DNA from: Escherichia coli | Lineage (GTDB): Bacteria; Pseudomonadota; Gammaproteobacteria; Enterobacterales; Enterobacteriaceae | Reading direction: 5' to 3' (one strand) | DNA: 64,000 nucleotides | NCBI RefSeq assembly: GCF_002854065.1 | Contig: NZ_CP024147.1 | Shown here: positions 48,508-58,690 of the stretch, piece after piece | Position numbering within the stretch: the first letter of the stretch is position 1 | Layout of the letters: each line of letters begins with the position of its first letter | The notes under the pieces: model-generated | What the model saw: the letters and a program-made list of their open reading frames with translations, nothing else | Told to the model about the DNA's origin: nothing | The model's database searches: none | Position numbers and translations under genes: made by a program

Positions 48508-49635
48508 ATGTCGTGCCCGGTTATTGAGCTGACACAACAGCTTATTCGCCGCCCTTCCCTGAGTCCTGATGACGCAGGATGCCAGGCTTTGTTGATTGAA
48601 CGTTTGCAGGCGATCGGTTTTACCGTTGAACGCATGGATTTTGCCGATACGCAGAATTTTTGGGCATGGCGTGGGCAAGGTGAAACATTGGCCTTTGCCG
48701 GGCATACCGACGTGGTGCCGCCTGGCGACGCCGATCGTTGGATCAATCCGCCGTTTGAACCAACCATTCGTGACGGCATGTTATTCGGGCGCGGTGCGGC
48801 AGATATGAAAGGCTCGCTGGCGGCGATGGTGGTAGCTGCAGAACGTTTTGTCGCACAACATCCCAACCATACGGGGCGACTGGCATTTCTGATCACCTCT
48901 GATGAAGAAGCCAGTGCCCACAACGGTACGGTAAAAGTCGTCGAAGCGTTAATGGCACGTAATGAGCGTCTCGATTACTGCCTGGTCGGCGAACCGTCGA
49001 GTATCGAAGTGGTAGGTGATGTGGTGAAAAATGGTCGTCGTGGATCGTTAACCTGCAACCTAACCATTCATGGCGTTCAGGGGCATGTTGCCTACCCACA
49101 TCTGGCTGACAATCCGGTACATCGCGCAGCACCTTTCCTTAATGAATTAGTGGCTATTGAGTGGGATCAAGGCAATGAATTCTTCCCGGCGACCAGTATG
49201 CAGATTGCCAATATTCAGGCGGGAACGGGCAGTAACAACGTTATTCCGGGTGAACTGTTTGTGCAGTTTAACTTCCGCTTCAGCACCGAACTGACTGATG
49301 AGATGATCAAAGCGCAGGTGCTTGCCCTGCTTGAAAAACATCAACTGCGCTATACGGTGGATTGGTGGCTTTCCGGGCAGCCATTTTTGACCGCGCGCGG
49401 TAAACTGGTGGATGCGGTCGTTAACGCGGTTGAGCACTATAATGAAATTAAACCGCAGCTACTGACCACAGGCGGAACGTCCGACGGGCGCTTTATTGCT
49501 CGCATGGGGGCGCAGGTGGTGGAACTCGGGCCGGTCAATGCCACTATTCATAAAATTAATGAATGTGTGAACGCTGCCGACCTGCAGCTACTTGCCCGTA
49601 TGTATCAACGTATCATGGAACAGCTCGTCGCGTGA
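48508..49635 (+). CDS. dapE: Succinyl-diaminopimelate desuccinylase
   Basis: 375-aa M20-peptidase-family ORF. Confidence 0.9.
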
Positions 49636-49662
49636 TGAGTGGTTCTGCAAGAGGAAATAAGC

Positions 49663-49863
49663 ATGGACTGGCTGGCTAAATATTGGTGGATTCTGGTGAT
49701 TGTCTTTTTGGTAGGCGTCCTGCTGAACGTGATTAAAGATCTCAAGCGCGTCGACCATAAGAAATTTCTCGCCAACAAGCCGGAGCTTCCCCCGCATCGT
49801 GATTTCAACGATAAGTGGGACGATGACGACGACTGGCCGAAAAAGGATCAACCGAAGAAGTAA
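49663..49863 (+). CDS. ypfN: Small membrane protein YpfN
   Basis: One TM helix then charged tail; start refined to ATG at 49663 ([18 protein letters not shown]). Confidence 0.7.
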
Positions 49864-49870
49864 GCTGAGT

Positions 49871-49902
49871 GGCCGGATAAGGCGTTCACGCCGCATCCGG
49901 CC
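49871..49902. repeat. REP element downstream of ypfN
   Basis: gccggataaggcgttcacgccgcatccggcc palindrome. Confidence 0.5.
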
Positions 49903-49943
49903 ATGATGTCTGATACGGTCTTATCAGCCCTACCCGGCTATTA

Positions 49944-50642
49944 TTACATCATTTCAATCACATCATCATCGCCAGGCTTACCGCCACTTAGCGCTTCGTC
50001 GAAATAATGTTTCGGAATGGTATAACGCAAGTGATCCAGGGCAAATTGCATACTGCGATTGTCGATCGCATGGCCTAAATCCTCCACGATATCCAGCGTC
50101 ACGTCACCACCAGCACTGATTAATGCTTCCTGCGCCGCAACCGCATGCGCCAGATCGATAACCGGATCTTCACCACCATGAATCAAGTGAATTGTCGTGG
50201 CTGTAGACGCGGTTTCCGGCAGGCTCGCATAGCGTCCGTTAAAGGCAATGACGCGCGAAGCAAGGCCCGGTTCGGCTTTAATGCTCTCCAGCGCCATAAT
50301 CGCGCCTTGTGAGAAACCAATTAGCGCCGTGGCGTTAGCCCCTACTCCACTCTGTTTCTGCCAGTAGCGTACCGTTTCAATAAACGTCGGCATGATCGCA
50401 TCCACACGCGCCTGGCGATTATCTTCCGTAATACCCTGCACCGAAAACCACTGACGCCCCGCCGGATTACCGCTCGGCTCCGCGCCTCCGACACTCACCA
50501 CCAGCGCATCCGGGAACAACGGTGCAAACCAACTGCCAATCTCCCCCATCGCTACCGGGTTATCACCGACGCCGTGAAAAAGCAGCAATAACTGTTGCGC
50601 AGGTTTATCCGGGCTTTGAACAACAAAATGGTCATGTTTCAT
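49944..50642 (-). CDS. ypfH: Esterase/phospholipase-like protein YpfH
   Basis: Alpha/beta-hydrolase ORF; start refined to ATG at 50640-50642 (MKHDHFVVQSP). Confidence 0.8.
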   Translation of the reverse strand: MKHDHFVVQSPDKPAQQLLLLFHGVGDNPVAMGEIGSWFAPLFPDALVVSVGGAEPSGNPAGRQWFSVQGITEDNRQARVDAIMPTFIETVRYWQKQSGVGANATALIGFSQGAIMALESIKAEPGLASRVIAFNGRYASLPETASTATTIHLIHGGEDPVIDLAHAVAAQEALISAGGDVTLDIVEDLGHAIDNRSMQFALDHLRYTIPKHYFDEALSGGKPGDDDVIEMM

Positions 50643-50715
50643 GGCGAACTCCTTAACTGATGTCATTAATTTTACGCCGCTGACTCACAATGACCATGGG
50701 AGAAAATTGAAGGAG

Positions 50716-52731
50716 TCAGTGAAAAAATTGCCATTGCGTTATGCGATCGCGCAGACGCTCAGTGCGAACATCATTAAGTGCGAACAGCGCCTGCGCGGCC
50801 TCTTCCCGCTGACGGACCAGTAACATCTTGCGGCCTGAAAGTTTAAGTGTGGTACATAACTGCGCGTCGCTGACGTTTTTCTGTAAACGCCCACGCAGCG
50901 CCGGTAATGCCAGTTCACTGGTTTGTAGCAGACGCAATAAGCAACCTAACGATGTTAATAGCGGACGATGAGCGAAAGCAAAACCGGCCAGCTCAAGCCA
51001 GTCGTCGTCAGAAAGCACGATATCGTTTAGTGGATCAACAGGAAGCATTTCGCCATTCCACTGCGCGAGAGCTTGCGCATCGCGACGTAAACGGAAATGC
51101 TCACGTTCAGCCAGCTGTTTACCCGCATCACTCATCGGTAACAGCGCCATCGCCGTATAGCAACCGCTGCTGGCTTCACGATGATTACCCATTCGCACCA
51201 GCACAAAACCGCAGCGTTGCCAGAAACGCCATAACTCCCCGGTGTAACCAAAACTCACCGAAAGATAGTCGAGGCCAGGCCTATATTGCAAAGCGCTGGC
51301 AATGAGCTGTTGCCCAACGCCTTCGCGCTGACGCGCCGGATGAACTGCTATCCGGCTGACCCGCCGTCCACGCAATGTCGCCGCCAGTGGATTGCTGCCG
51401 TGCGCCGCCAGCGACTGGGCCACCAGATTACCCCGCGGGCGACGAAAACCTGCCCATACCGCCTGACTGAGTTCTTGAGATAATCCACCCTCATCCACCA
51501 GCCACAGCGCTCCGGCAATCTCGTTTTCGCCAGCCGCCTGTAAAAAATGTTGCCCTGGTGCATCCATCATGCGGCGTAAATCCAGTGGCGAAGTCCGGTA
51601 GTGCGCACCAGACAATAACTGATAAACCTTTAACGGCGTTTCTGGCTCGATTCGCCATAACGTCTGTTCAAATGCGGAAATGACAATATTGCCTTGTGGT
51701 GTATGGGTGAAGTTTTCATCGTCAAAAACCAGTGCATTACTAACCATTTTTTCCAGCGGGCATCCCTGTGCCCAGCGGATCGGCTGTTGCAGTTCAAAAC
51801 GGTGTAAATGCGGAAAGCGAGCGCAAAATTTCAGCAAAAAACCACGTCCGGTGCCTTCGTAGCCCTGCACCGTAGTGGTTAACAACGTTCGAGGAAAACG
51901 CGATACCAGTTGATGCAACAACGGCGCAGGTATGGCTGCGGCTTCGTCGACCACCAGCCAGTCGGCTTGCTCATCGCTGGCTAACAAGGCATCCGGCGCA
52001 ATAAAGCGAAACTTCTCGCCCGCAAATTGTGCCAGTACATCCGTTGCCGCTTTTGCGGGCGCAGTGACAATCGCACTACCCGCAATACGAGAAATGAGTT
52101 GCCCTGCCAGCGCCGATTTACCGCGCCCACGCGCAGCAGTTACCGCTGCCACGCCCGACGGCATGGTCAGTAGCTGCTGTAAGATTTGCTGTTGTTCTGG
52201 TTGTGGTGCGCCGGTCGCGGGGTGCCAGTCAGTACGGGGAGTAAAATGCGCCAACGAGAACGGCTGGTTTTGCCGCCAGAGGATAGCGTCGTTATCCGCC
52301 GTAAGTACGCGTTTGAAATGCTGGACAAAATGCGGCGTCGCAATAGGGTCAGGGCAATCACTCCAGCGCAGCGAGTCGGCATCAGGTTGGTTTTCCCACT
52401 CTTCCCATACAGGGAGTAACAAAACCAGCCAGCTTCCCGCTTTCAACGTTCCGCTAAGTGCGGCAAAGGCAGCGGCATCAAAGCCGTGGCGGGCGTCGAA
52501 TACCGCATGCCGGAACTCGCGCCCAAGTAAAGTTTGTAGTGCCGAGGGAGAACAGTGGTTTTCAGCATCTGGCTGCGGCGAAATCCACAGCCAGTCGCCA
52601 GGTAAGGCATCACGTAACTTAAGCGCATGATCAAAACACCAACCCTCTTCCCCGCTCAACACCAGCAAGCGGCGGATCCCTTCACGTTTCATTTGCGCTG
52701 TTAATGTGTGAAGCGCAGTCAGTTCAGCCAT
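50716..52731 (-). CDS. tmcA: tRNA(Met) cytidine acetyltransferase
   Basis: 671-aa ORF with helicase-like Walker A (ARGRGKSA) and C-terminal GNAT domain. Confidence 0.85.
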   Translation of the reverse strand: MAELTALHTLTAQMKREGIRRLLVLSGEEGWCFDHALKLRDALPGDWLWISPQPDAENHCSPSALQTLLGREFRHAVFDARHGFDAAAFAALSGTLKAGSWLVLLLPVWEEWENQPDADSLRWSDCPDPIATPHFVQHFKRVLTADNDAILWRQNQPFSLAHFTPRTDWHPATGAPQPEQQQILQQLLTMPSGVAAVTAARGRGKSALAGQLISRIAGSAIVTAPAKAATDVLAQFAGEKFRFIAPDALLASDEQADWLVVDEAAAIPAPLLHQLVSRFPRTLLTTTVQGYEGTGRGFLLKFCARFPHLHRFELQQPIRWAQGCPLEKMVSNALVFDDENFTHTPQGNIVISAFEQTLWRIEPETPLKVYQLLSGAHYRTSPLDLRRMMDAPGQHFLQAAGENEIAGALWLVDEGGLSQELSQAVWAGFRRPRGNLVAQSLAAHGSNPLAATLRGRRVSRIAVHPARQREGVGQQLIASALQYRPGLDYLSVSFGYTGELWRFWQRCGFVLVRMGNHREASSGCYTAMALLPMSDAGKQLAEREHFRLRRDAQALAQWNGEMLPVDPLNDIVLSDDDWLELAGFAFAHRPLLTSLGCLLRLLQTSELALPALRGRLQKNVSDAQLCTTLKLSGRKMLLVRQREEAAQALFALNDVRTERLRDRITQWQFFH

Positions 52732-52745
52732 CCCTGCCCCGGAAG

Positions 52746-53609
52746 TTAAATGCTTTTACCAAAAGTATTGCATTGTGCCGGATCGCCGCTGTCGAAACCA
52801 CGTTTAAACCAGCTGTAGCGTTGCTGAGAAGTGCCATGAGTGAAACTGTCTGGTACTACTCGCCCCTGACTTTGCTGTTGTAAACGGTCATCGCCGATGG
52901 CCTGCGCCGCGTTCAGCGCCTCTTCCAGATCGCCGGTTTCCAGAACGCCTTGCTGCTGCATACTATGCCCCCAGACACCGGCAAAACAGTCGGCCTGGAG
53001 TTCCATACGCACAGATAAGCGGTTCACTTCCGCCTGCGTCGCGTTTTGTTGCAGTTGACGAACTTTCGGCTCGATGCCTAACAGTTTCTGCACATGATGA
53101 CCGACTTCATGGGCGATAACGTACCCCTGGGCAAAATCGCCATCCGCGCCAAGTTTGTCTTTCATGTCATCATAGAAGGAGAGATCGATATAAACCGTGC
53201 CATCCGCCGGGCAATAGAACGGCCCCATTATGGACTGGCCCGCCCCGCATCCGGTACGCGTCATTCCACGGTACATGACCAGCTTCGGTTGCTGATAGGT
53301 CTTACCCATCTTCTCGAACTGTTGTCCCCAGGTGTCTTCCGTGGTTGCCAGAATCACCGAGGTGAATTTTGCGGCTTCGTCTTCATTTGGGCTAATTGAC
53401 CGCGTTGATTGCAGTTGAGAAACCGGCTGCCCGGTCATCAACCCGGTTAAATCAACGCCATAGTAGCCTGCAACCAGCACGACTATCAGTAAAATCAGCC
53501 CGCCTTTACCGCTCGGCAGACGGAAACCGGGACCGCCCATTGACGGACCGCCGGAGCTATTGCGCCTGTCTTCAACATTGTCACTTTCACGTCGCCCTTG
53601 CCAACGCAT
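52746..53609 (-). CDS. ypfJ: Putative zinc metallopeptidase YpfJ
   Basis: 287-aa ORF with TM anchor and HExxH-like motif ([10 protein letters not shown]). Confidence 0.8.
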   Translation of the reverse strand: MRWQGRRESDNVEDRRNSSGGPSMGGPGFRLPSGKGGLILLIVVLVAGYYGVDLTGLMTGQPVSQLQSTRSISPNEDEAAKFTSVILATTEDTWGQQFEKMGKTYQQPKLVMYRGMTRTGCGAGQSIMGPFYCPADGTVYIDLSFYDDMKDKLGADGDFAQGYVIAHEVGHHVQKLLGIEPKVRQLQQNATQAEVNRLSVRMELQADCFAGVWGHSMQQQGVLETGDLEEALNAAQAIGDDRLQQQSQGRVVPDSFTHGTSQQRYSWFKRGFDSGDPAQCNTFGKSI

Positions 53610-53776
53610 AGATACCTCAACAATATATTCATTATAGAAATGATCGTAGGTGGTTCAGAGGAAGATTACCACAGGAAAACGGGATGAAATGGCGGAGGAA
53701 TGAGCGTTCAATGCACATCTTACGAGAATGGTTGTCTTGCCGTGCTAGCAGCACGGCAAGATGATGAACAGAAAAA

Positions 53777-54490
53777 TCAGTCCAGCTGTACACCCAGGCG
53801 GCGGGCGACGGCTTCATAGGCCTCGATCAGGCCACCGAGGCTCTGGCGGAAACGGTCTTTGTCCATTTTCTCCAGCGTTTCTTTGTCCCACAGGCGGCTA
53901 CCGTCCGGGGAGAACTCATCACCCAGTACCACTTCGCCTTTGTACAGACCAAATTCCAGCTTGAAGTCGACCAGAATCAGACCAGCATCATCGAACAGTT
54001 TTTTCAGCACGTCGTTCGCTTTGTAGGTCAGCTCTTTCATACGCGCCAGGTTCTCTTTGCTCACCCAGCCAAAGGTTTCGCAGTAAGATTCGTTGACCAT
54101 CGGATCGTGCATGGCGTCGTTTTTCAGGAACAGATCGAACAGCGGCGGGTTCAGCTCAATACCTTCTTCGATTCCAAGACGTTTCACCAGAGAGCCCGCA
54201 GCACGGTTACGCACGACACACTCAACCGGTACCATATCCAGCTTTTTCACCAGACATTCGGTATCAGAGAGCAGACGCTCCATTTGAGTCGGGATACCCG
54301 CTTCAGCCAGTTTGCTCATAATGAAGTAGTTGAACTTGTTGTTCACCATACCTTTGCGATCAAACTGCTCAATGCGCGCGCCATCCCCTGCTGACGTATC
54401 ATTGCGGAATTCGAGCACCAACAGGTCCGGGTTTTCCGTGCTGTATACGGTTTTCGCTTTACCACGATACAACTCAGCTTGCTTTTGCAT
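53777..54490 (-). CDS. purC: Phosphoribosylaminoimidazole-succinocarboxamide synthase
   Basis: SAICAR synthetase family; start refined to ATG at 54488-54490 ([10 protein letters not shown]). Confidence 0.9.
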
Positions 54491-54553
54491 CTTTATCACT
54501 CCTGGGTGTGAATTAACGTTTTAAAATCTTTTGCTGTCTGGTGTGCCGGATGT

Positions 54554-54585
<32 letters not shown>

Positions 54586-54702
54586 ACTACGTCCGACAAA
54601 CAAATTTCGTGCGAATTACCGCTAAAATCGCGTTTTCCTGCCGACGCACACGTTTGCGTATCATATCAGAAAAAAGGGCCGGATGATTCCAGCCCTGTAT
54701 TT

Positions 54703-55737
54703 TTACTTGCTAAACGCAGCCTGGAAGACAGCTACCAGCGCGTCGTTCTGACTCTGAGTCAGAGTATGACCTTTCGGATCGATGAACTGTAGGCTGCTGC
54801 GGTTATCTAAATCACCAACCTGCAGTTTATAGTCACCGGATGCCAGGCCTGGATCGCTCGCGCCCAGTTCCTGCCAGTCGCTGTCAGACAGCGGCTTATA
54901 AGTTACGGCCATGTTGCCCTGCGAACGGGTGCTGTCGGTCACTTTCATGCCCACTTTTTCCAGCGCCGCTGGCAGACGTTGCCAAACCACATTGAACGGC
55001 CCGCGTACGACCAGCATTGGTAAACCGGTGTCATCAGCTGCACTTTGTACGTCCATAGTGGTGGAGGCACGATTTTGCGCAGCGTTCGCGGCGTCAGTGG
55101 CAGATTTATCCAGACCAGCGGAAATAACGTTCATCATCTCCGTGTTGTAACGCTGCATGGAAGCCGCGTCTGCAACCGGTTTGCCCGCCTGTTCCAGGTT
55201 CAGCAGTTTAACCGTAACCGCCTGCTGATAACCCTGCGGCTTAACAGAGATTTGATAACGACCACGATACTGCTCGTCTTCGTCCAGACGGTTCCATTGT
55301 ACCCAATCGGTGGTCAGTGTCTGACCAGCATCATCACGTTGGGTAATGGTGTAGTTTTTCGCCTGCAGCACGCTAACCACCTGCGGCCACAGAGTATTGC
55401 CACGACCATTTTCCACCAGCAATGAAGCGGTATCGCCCGTGAACTGGGTACGCGCGCCAGAAACCAGTGCCAGCGGCTGGGCTGGTGGACGAATGTCCAG
55501 CGCCTTACCGACAGCACCACTACCGTTGGTCACCGGGATTGCATAATCACCGGAGGTCACCGGCAAAATCATTCCAGCCGGGGCATGAAGCTCCGCAAGC
55601 GGTGCCGCTTCCAGGTAGGCTTCATCACCACTGACCTGACGCTTATAGCGTGAGTCAGAACTACAGGCAGCGAGTAATAAAACAAGCGAAACACCCGCAA
55701 CCTTTGCCAGGCGCGACTTTTGAACAGAGTAAGCCAT
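54703..55737 (-). CDS. bamC: Outer membrane protein assembly lipoprotein BamC
   Basis: Lipoprotein signal ([11 protein letters not shown]); start taken at second Met. Confidence 0.85.
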   Translation of the reverse strand: MAYSVQKSRLAKVAGVSLVLLLAACSSDSRYKRQVSGDEAYLEAAPLAELHAPAGMILPVTSGDYAIPVTNGSGAVGKALDIRPPAQPLALVSGARTQFTGDTASLLVENGRGNTLWPQVVSVLQAKNYTITQRDDAGQTLTTDWVQWNRLDEDEQYRGRYQISVKPQGYQQAVTVKLLNLEQAGKPVADAASMQRYNTEMMNVISAGLDKSATDAANAAQNRASTTMDVQSAADDTGLPMLVVRGPFNVVWQRLPAALEKVGMKVTDSTRSQGNMAVTYKPLSDSDWQELGASDPGLASGDYKLQVGDLDNRSSLQFIDPKGHTLTQSQNDALVAVFQAAFSK

Positions 55738-55753
55738 CAAATCTCCCTAAACT

Positions 55754-56632
55754 TTACAGCAAACCGGCATGCTTAAGCGCCGCTCTGACCGTCTCACGAC
55801 CACTGTCGGTGATTGGTGTCATTGGCAGGCGCAGCGTATCGGTCGCCACAAGACCCAGTTCCTTACATGCCCATTTCACCGGGATTGGATTGGGTTCGAC
55901 AAATAGTTTGTTGTGTAATGGCATCAGACGCTGATTAATAACGCGTGCCTCGGCAAAATGCCCTTCTGCTGCCAGTTTGCACATCTGGGCCATATCACGC
56001 GCTGCGACGTTAGCCGTAACGGAAATAACCCCATGACCGCCTAATTGCATGAAGTCCAGCGCGCTCGCATCATCGCCGCTCAGCAGAACAAAATCATCTG
56101 AAACCAGCTCTTTGATCTGGTTTACACGCGTTAAGTTCCCTGTTGCCTCTTTGATTCCGATAATATTTTTTACTTTCGCCAGACGGCCCACCGTTTCCGG
56201 GAGCAGATCGCAGCCAGTACGGGACGGCACATTATACAGAATTTGCGGCAGGTCAGTATGCTCAGCGATGGCTTTGAAATGCTGATACAAACCTTCTTGC
56301 GACGGACGATTGTAGTAAGGGGTTACCGTCAGGCAGCCGACGATACCACTGTCATTGAAGCGCTGCGTCAGGCTAATGGCTTCCGCAGTAGCGTTAGCAC
56401 CGGTCCCGGCAATCACCGGAATGCGCCCGTCAGCCAGCTCCAGCGTCATCATCACCACATCAGCATGTTCGTCATGATTTAAGGTAGCGGACTCGCCAGT
56501 GGTGCCAACAGAAACGATCGCCGAAGTACCGCTGGCGACATGATAATCAATCAGTTTTTTCAAGCTAGCCCGACAGACATTACCTTTTTCATCCATCGGA
56601 GTAACAATCGCGACAATACTTCCCGTGAACAT
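55754..56632 (-). CDS. dapA: 4-hydroxy-tetrahydrodipicolinate synthase
   Basis: DapA family; start refined to ATG at 56630-56632 ([17 protein letters not shown]). Confidence 0.9.
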   Translation of the reverse strand: MFTGSIVAIVTPMDEKGNVCRASLKKLIDYHVASGTSAIVSVGTTGESATLNHDEHADVVMMTLELADGRIPVIAGTGANATAEAISLTQRFNDSGIVGCLTVTPYYNRPSQEGLYQHFKAIAEHTDLPQILYNVPSRTGCDLLPETVGRLAKVKNIIGIKEATGNLTRVNQIKELVSDDFVLLSGDDASALDFMQLGGHGVISVTANVAARDMAQMCKLAAEGHFAEARVINQRLMPLHNKLFVEPNPIPVKWACKELGLVATDTLRLPMTPITDSGRETVRAALKHAGLL

Positions 56633-56777
56633 GGGCCATCCTCTGTGCAAACAAGTGTCTCAATGGTACGTTTGGTATGGCATTAAAAGCAAGCAGACAG
56701 AACCGTTCTGATTGTTGTATGCATGTTTTTTTTATGCTTTCCTTAAGAACAACTCACCCCTTAAAGGAATAACCAGT

Positions 56778-57350
56778 TTGACACTGTCATCGCAACATTA
56801 TCTGGTGATCACTGCGTTGGGTGCCGATCGCCCTGGAATTGTGAACACCATCACCCGTCATGTCAGTAGTTGCGGCTGTAATATTGAAGACAGTCGCCTG
56901 GCGATGCTGGGAGAAGAGTTCACGTTTATCATGCTGCTTTCCGGTTCATGGAATGCCATTACTCTGATTGAATCAACGTTACCGTTGAAAGGTGCCGAAC
57001 TGGATCTTTTAATCGTGATGAAGCGCACGACGGCGCGTCCGCGTCCGCCAATGCCAGCATCTGTCTGGGTTCAGGTCGATGTTGCAGACTCCCCGCATTT
57101 AATTGAACGCTTCACAGCACTTTTCGACGCGCATCATATGAACATTGCGGAGCTGGTGTCGCGCACACAACCTGCTGAAAATGAACGGGCTGCGCAGTTG
57201 CATATTCAGATTACTGCCCACAGCCCCGCATCTGCGGACGCAGCAAATATTGAGCAAGCGTTCAAAGCCCTATGTACAGAACTCAATGCACAAGGCAGTA
57301 TTAACGTCGTCAATTATTCCCAACATGATGAACAGGATGGAGTTAAGTAA
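56778..57350 (+). CDS. gcvR: Glycine cleavage system transcriptional repressor (TTG start)
   Basis: Tandem ACT-like domains; start set at TTG 56778 (TLSSQHYLVITALGADRPG) inside the longer track ORF. Confidence 0.8.
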   Translation: MTLSSQHYLVITALGADRPGIVNTITRHVSSCGCNIEDSRLAMLGEEFTFIMLLSGSWNAITLIESTLPLKGAELDLLIVMKRTTARPRPPMPASVWVQVDVADSPHLIERFTALFDAHHMNIAELVSRTQPAENERAAQLHIQITAHSPASADAANIEQAFKALCTELNAQGSINVVNYSQHDEQDGVK

Positions 57351-57820
57351 TGAATCCACTGAAAGCCGGTGATATCGCACCGAAATTTAGCTTGCCGGAT
57401 CAAGACGGAGAACAAGTTAATTTGACCGACTTCCAGGGACAGCGTGTTCTGGTTTATTTCTACCCGAAAGCCATGACCCCCGGCTGTACCGTACAGGCCT
57501 GCGGCTTACGCGATAACATGGATGAGTTGAAAAAAGCGGGCGTTGATGTGCTGGGTATCAGCACCGATAAACCCGAAAAACTCTCCCGTTTTGCGGAAAA
57601 AGAGCTGCTTAACTTTACGCTCCTGTCTGATGAGGACCACCAGGTGTGCGAGCAATTCGGCGTCTGGGGGGAAAAGTCCTTCATGGGCAAAACCTACGAT
57701 GGTATTCATCGCATCAGCTTCCTGATTGACGCTGATGGCAAAATCGAACATGTCTTTGACGATTTCAAAACCAGCAATCACCACGACGTTGTGCTGAACT
57801 GGCTGAAAGAACACGCCTGA
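57350..57820 (+). CDS. bcp: Peroxiredoxin Bcp (thiol peroxidase)
   Basis: 156-aa ORF with peroxiredoxin motif (PGCT). Confidence 0.9.
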   Translation: MNPLKAGDIAPKFSLPDQDGEQVNLTDFQGQRVLVYFYPKAMTPGCTVQACGLRDNMDELKKAGVDVLGISTDKPEKLSRFAEKELLNFTLLSDEDHQVCEQFGVWGEKSFMGKTYDGIHRISFLIDADGKIEHVFDDFKTSNHHDVVLNWLKEHA

Positions 57821-58015
57821 TTACTTTGCTCCATTCCGTGCTGGCTGCGCTTGCGGTCAGCACACCTCACTTATCGTGATCAAGATCACATTCTCGCTTT
57901 CCCCTGCGACACGGGTGTCGAATCCATTTTTTGCTGAACGTTAATGACCATCATTTTTGTACCGTTCAGAATCCAGTTAATTCATAAATTATTGAATATA
58001 TTAAATTAATCAGAC

Positions 58016-58031
58016 TGGCATCCTTTATGCA
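58016..58031 (+). promoter_or_regulatory. Candidate sigma-54 (-24/-12) promoter of the hyf operon
   Basis: TGGCAT-N7-TGCA with GG at 58017-58018 and GC at 58029-58030, matching the TGGCAC-N5-TTGCA spacing. Confidence 0.5.
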
Positions 58032-58033
58032 AT

Positions 58034-58690
58034 ATGAAATGCAATGTTTCATATCATTTTCAAGGAGCCGACATAAACCGCTTTGTGGTGGCCGAACCAC
58101 TGTGGTGTACAGGATGTAATACCTGTCTCGCTGCCTGTTCGGACGTGCATAAAACGCAAGGTTTACAGCAACACCCGCGCCTGGCCCTGGCGAAGACGTC
58201 AACACTCACTGCCCCTGTCGTGTGTCATCACTGTGAGGAAGCCCCTTGCCTGCAGGTCTGCCCGGTCAATGCCATCTCCCAGAGGGATGATGCGATCCAA
58301 CTCAACGAAAGCCTCTGTATTGGCTGCAAGCTTTGCGCCGTGGTCTGCCCATTTGGCGCAATCAGCGCTTCAGGAAGCCGTCCGGTGAATGCCCCTGCGC
58401 AATATGTTTTTCAGGCTGAAGGCTCACTCAAAGACGGCGAAGAAAACGCGCCAACCCAACATGCTTTGCTGCGCTGGGAACCGGGTGTCCAGACCGTCGC
58501 GGTGAAATGCGACCTGTGTGATTTCTTGCCACAAGGTCCGGCCTGCGTTCGCGCTTGCCCGAATCAGGCGTTACGGCTGATCACCGACGATAGCCTGCAA
58601 CGTCAGATGAAAGAAAAACAGCGCCTTGCCGCAAGCTGGTTTGCCAATGGCGGGGAGGATCCCCTTTCCCTCACTCAGGAGCAACGCTAA
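58034..58690 (+). CDS. hyfA: Hydrogenase-4 component A, 4Fe-4S ferredoxin-type subunit (start codon uncertain, probably downstream near 58073)
   Basis: Multiple CxxCxxCxxxCP ferredoxin motifs; first gene of the hyf cluster. Confidence 0.8.
   Translation: MKCNVSYHFQGADINRFVVAEPLWCTGCNTCLAACSDVHKTQGLQQHPRLALAKTSTLTAPVVCHHCEEAPCLQVCPVNAISQRDDAIQLNESLCIGCKLCAVVCPFGAISASGSRPVNAPAQYVFQAEGSLKDGEENAPTQHALLRWEPGVQTVAVKCDLCDFLPQGPACVRACPNQALRLITDDSLQRQMKEKQRLAASWFANGGEDPLSLTQEQR

Noticed and set aside
51932-52630. 232-aa plus-strand ORF opposite tmcA
   Set aside because: Antisense to tmcA; Ser/Ala/Cys-rich composition typical of GC-rich shadow frames.
53736-53760. Perfect 10-bp inverted repeat (cttgccgtgc / gcacggcaag) 17 nt beyond the purC stop as a terminator
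   Set aside because: No U-run follows on the purC strand, so it is not a canonical intrinsic terminator; left unannotated.
58073-58075. Possible start-codon mutation (ATG to ATA) in hyfA
   Set aside because: I cannot recall the reference nucleotide sequence reliably enough to assert a mutation; reported only as a start-site ambiguity in the findings.
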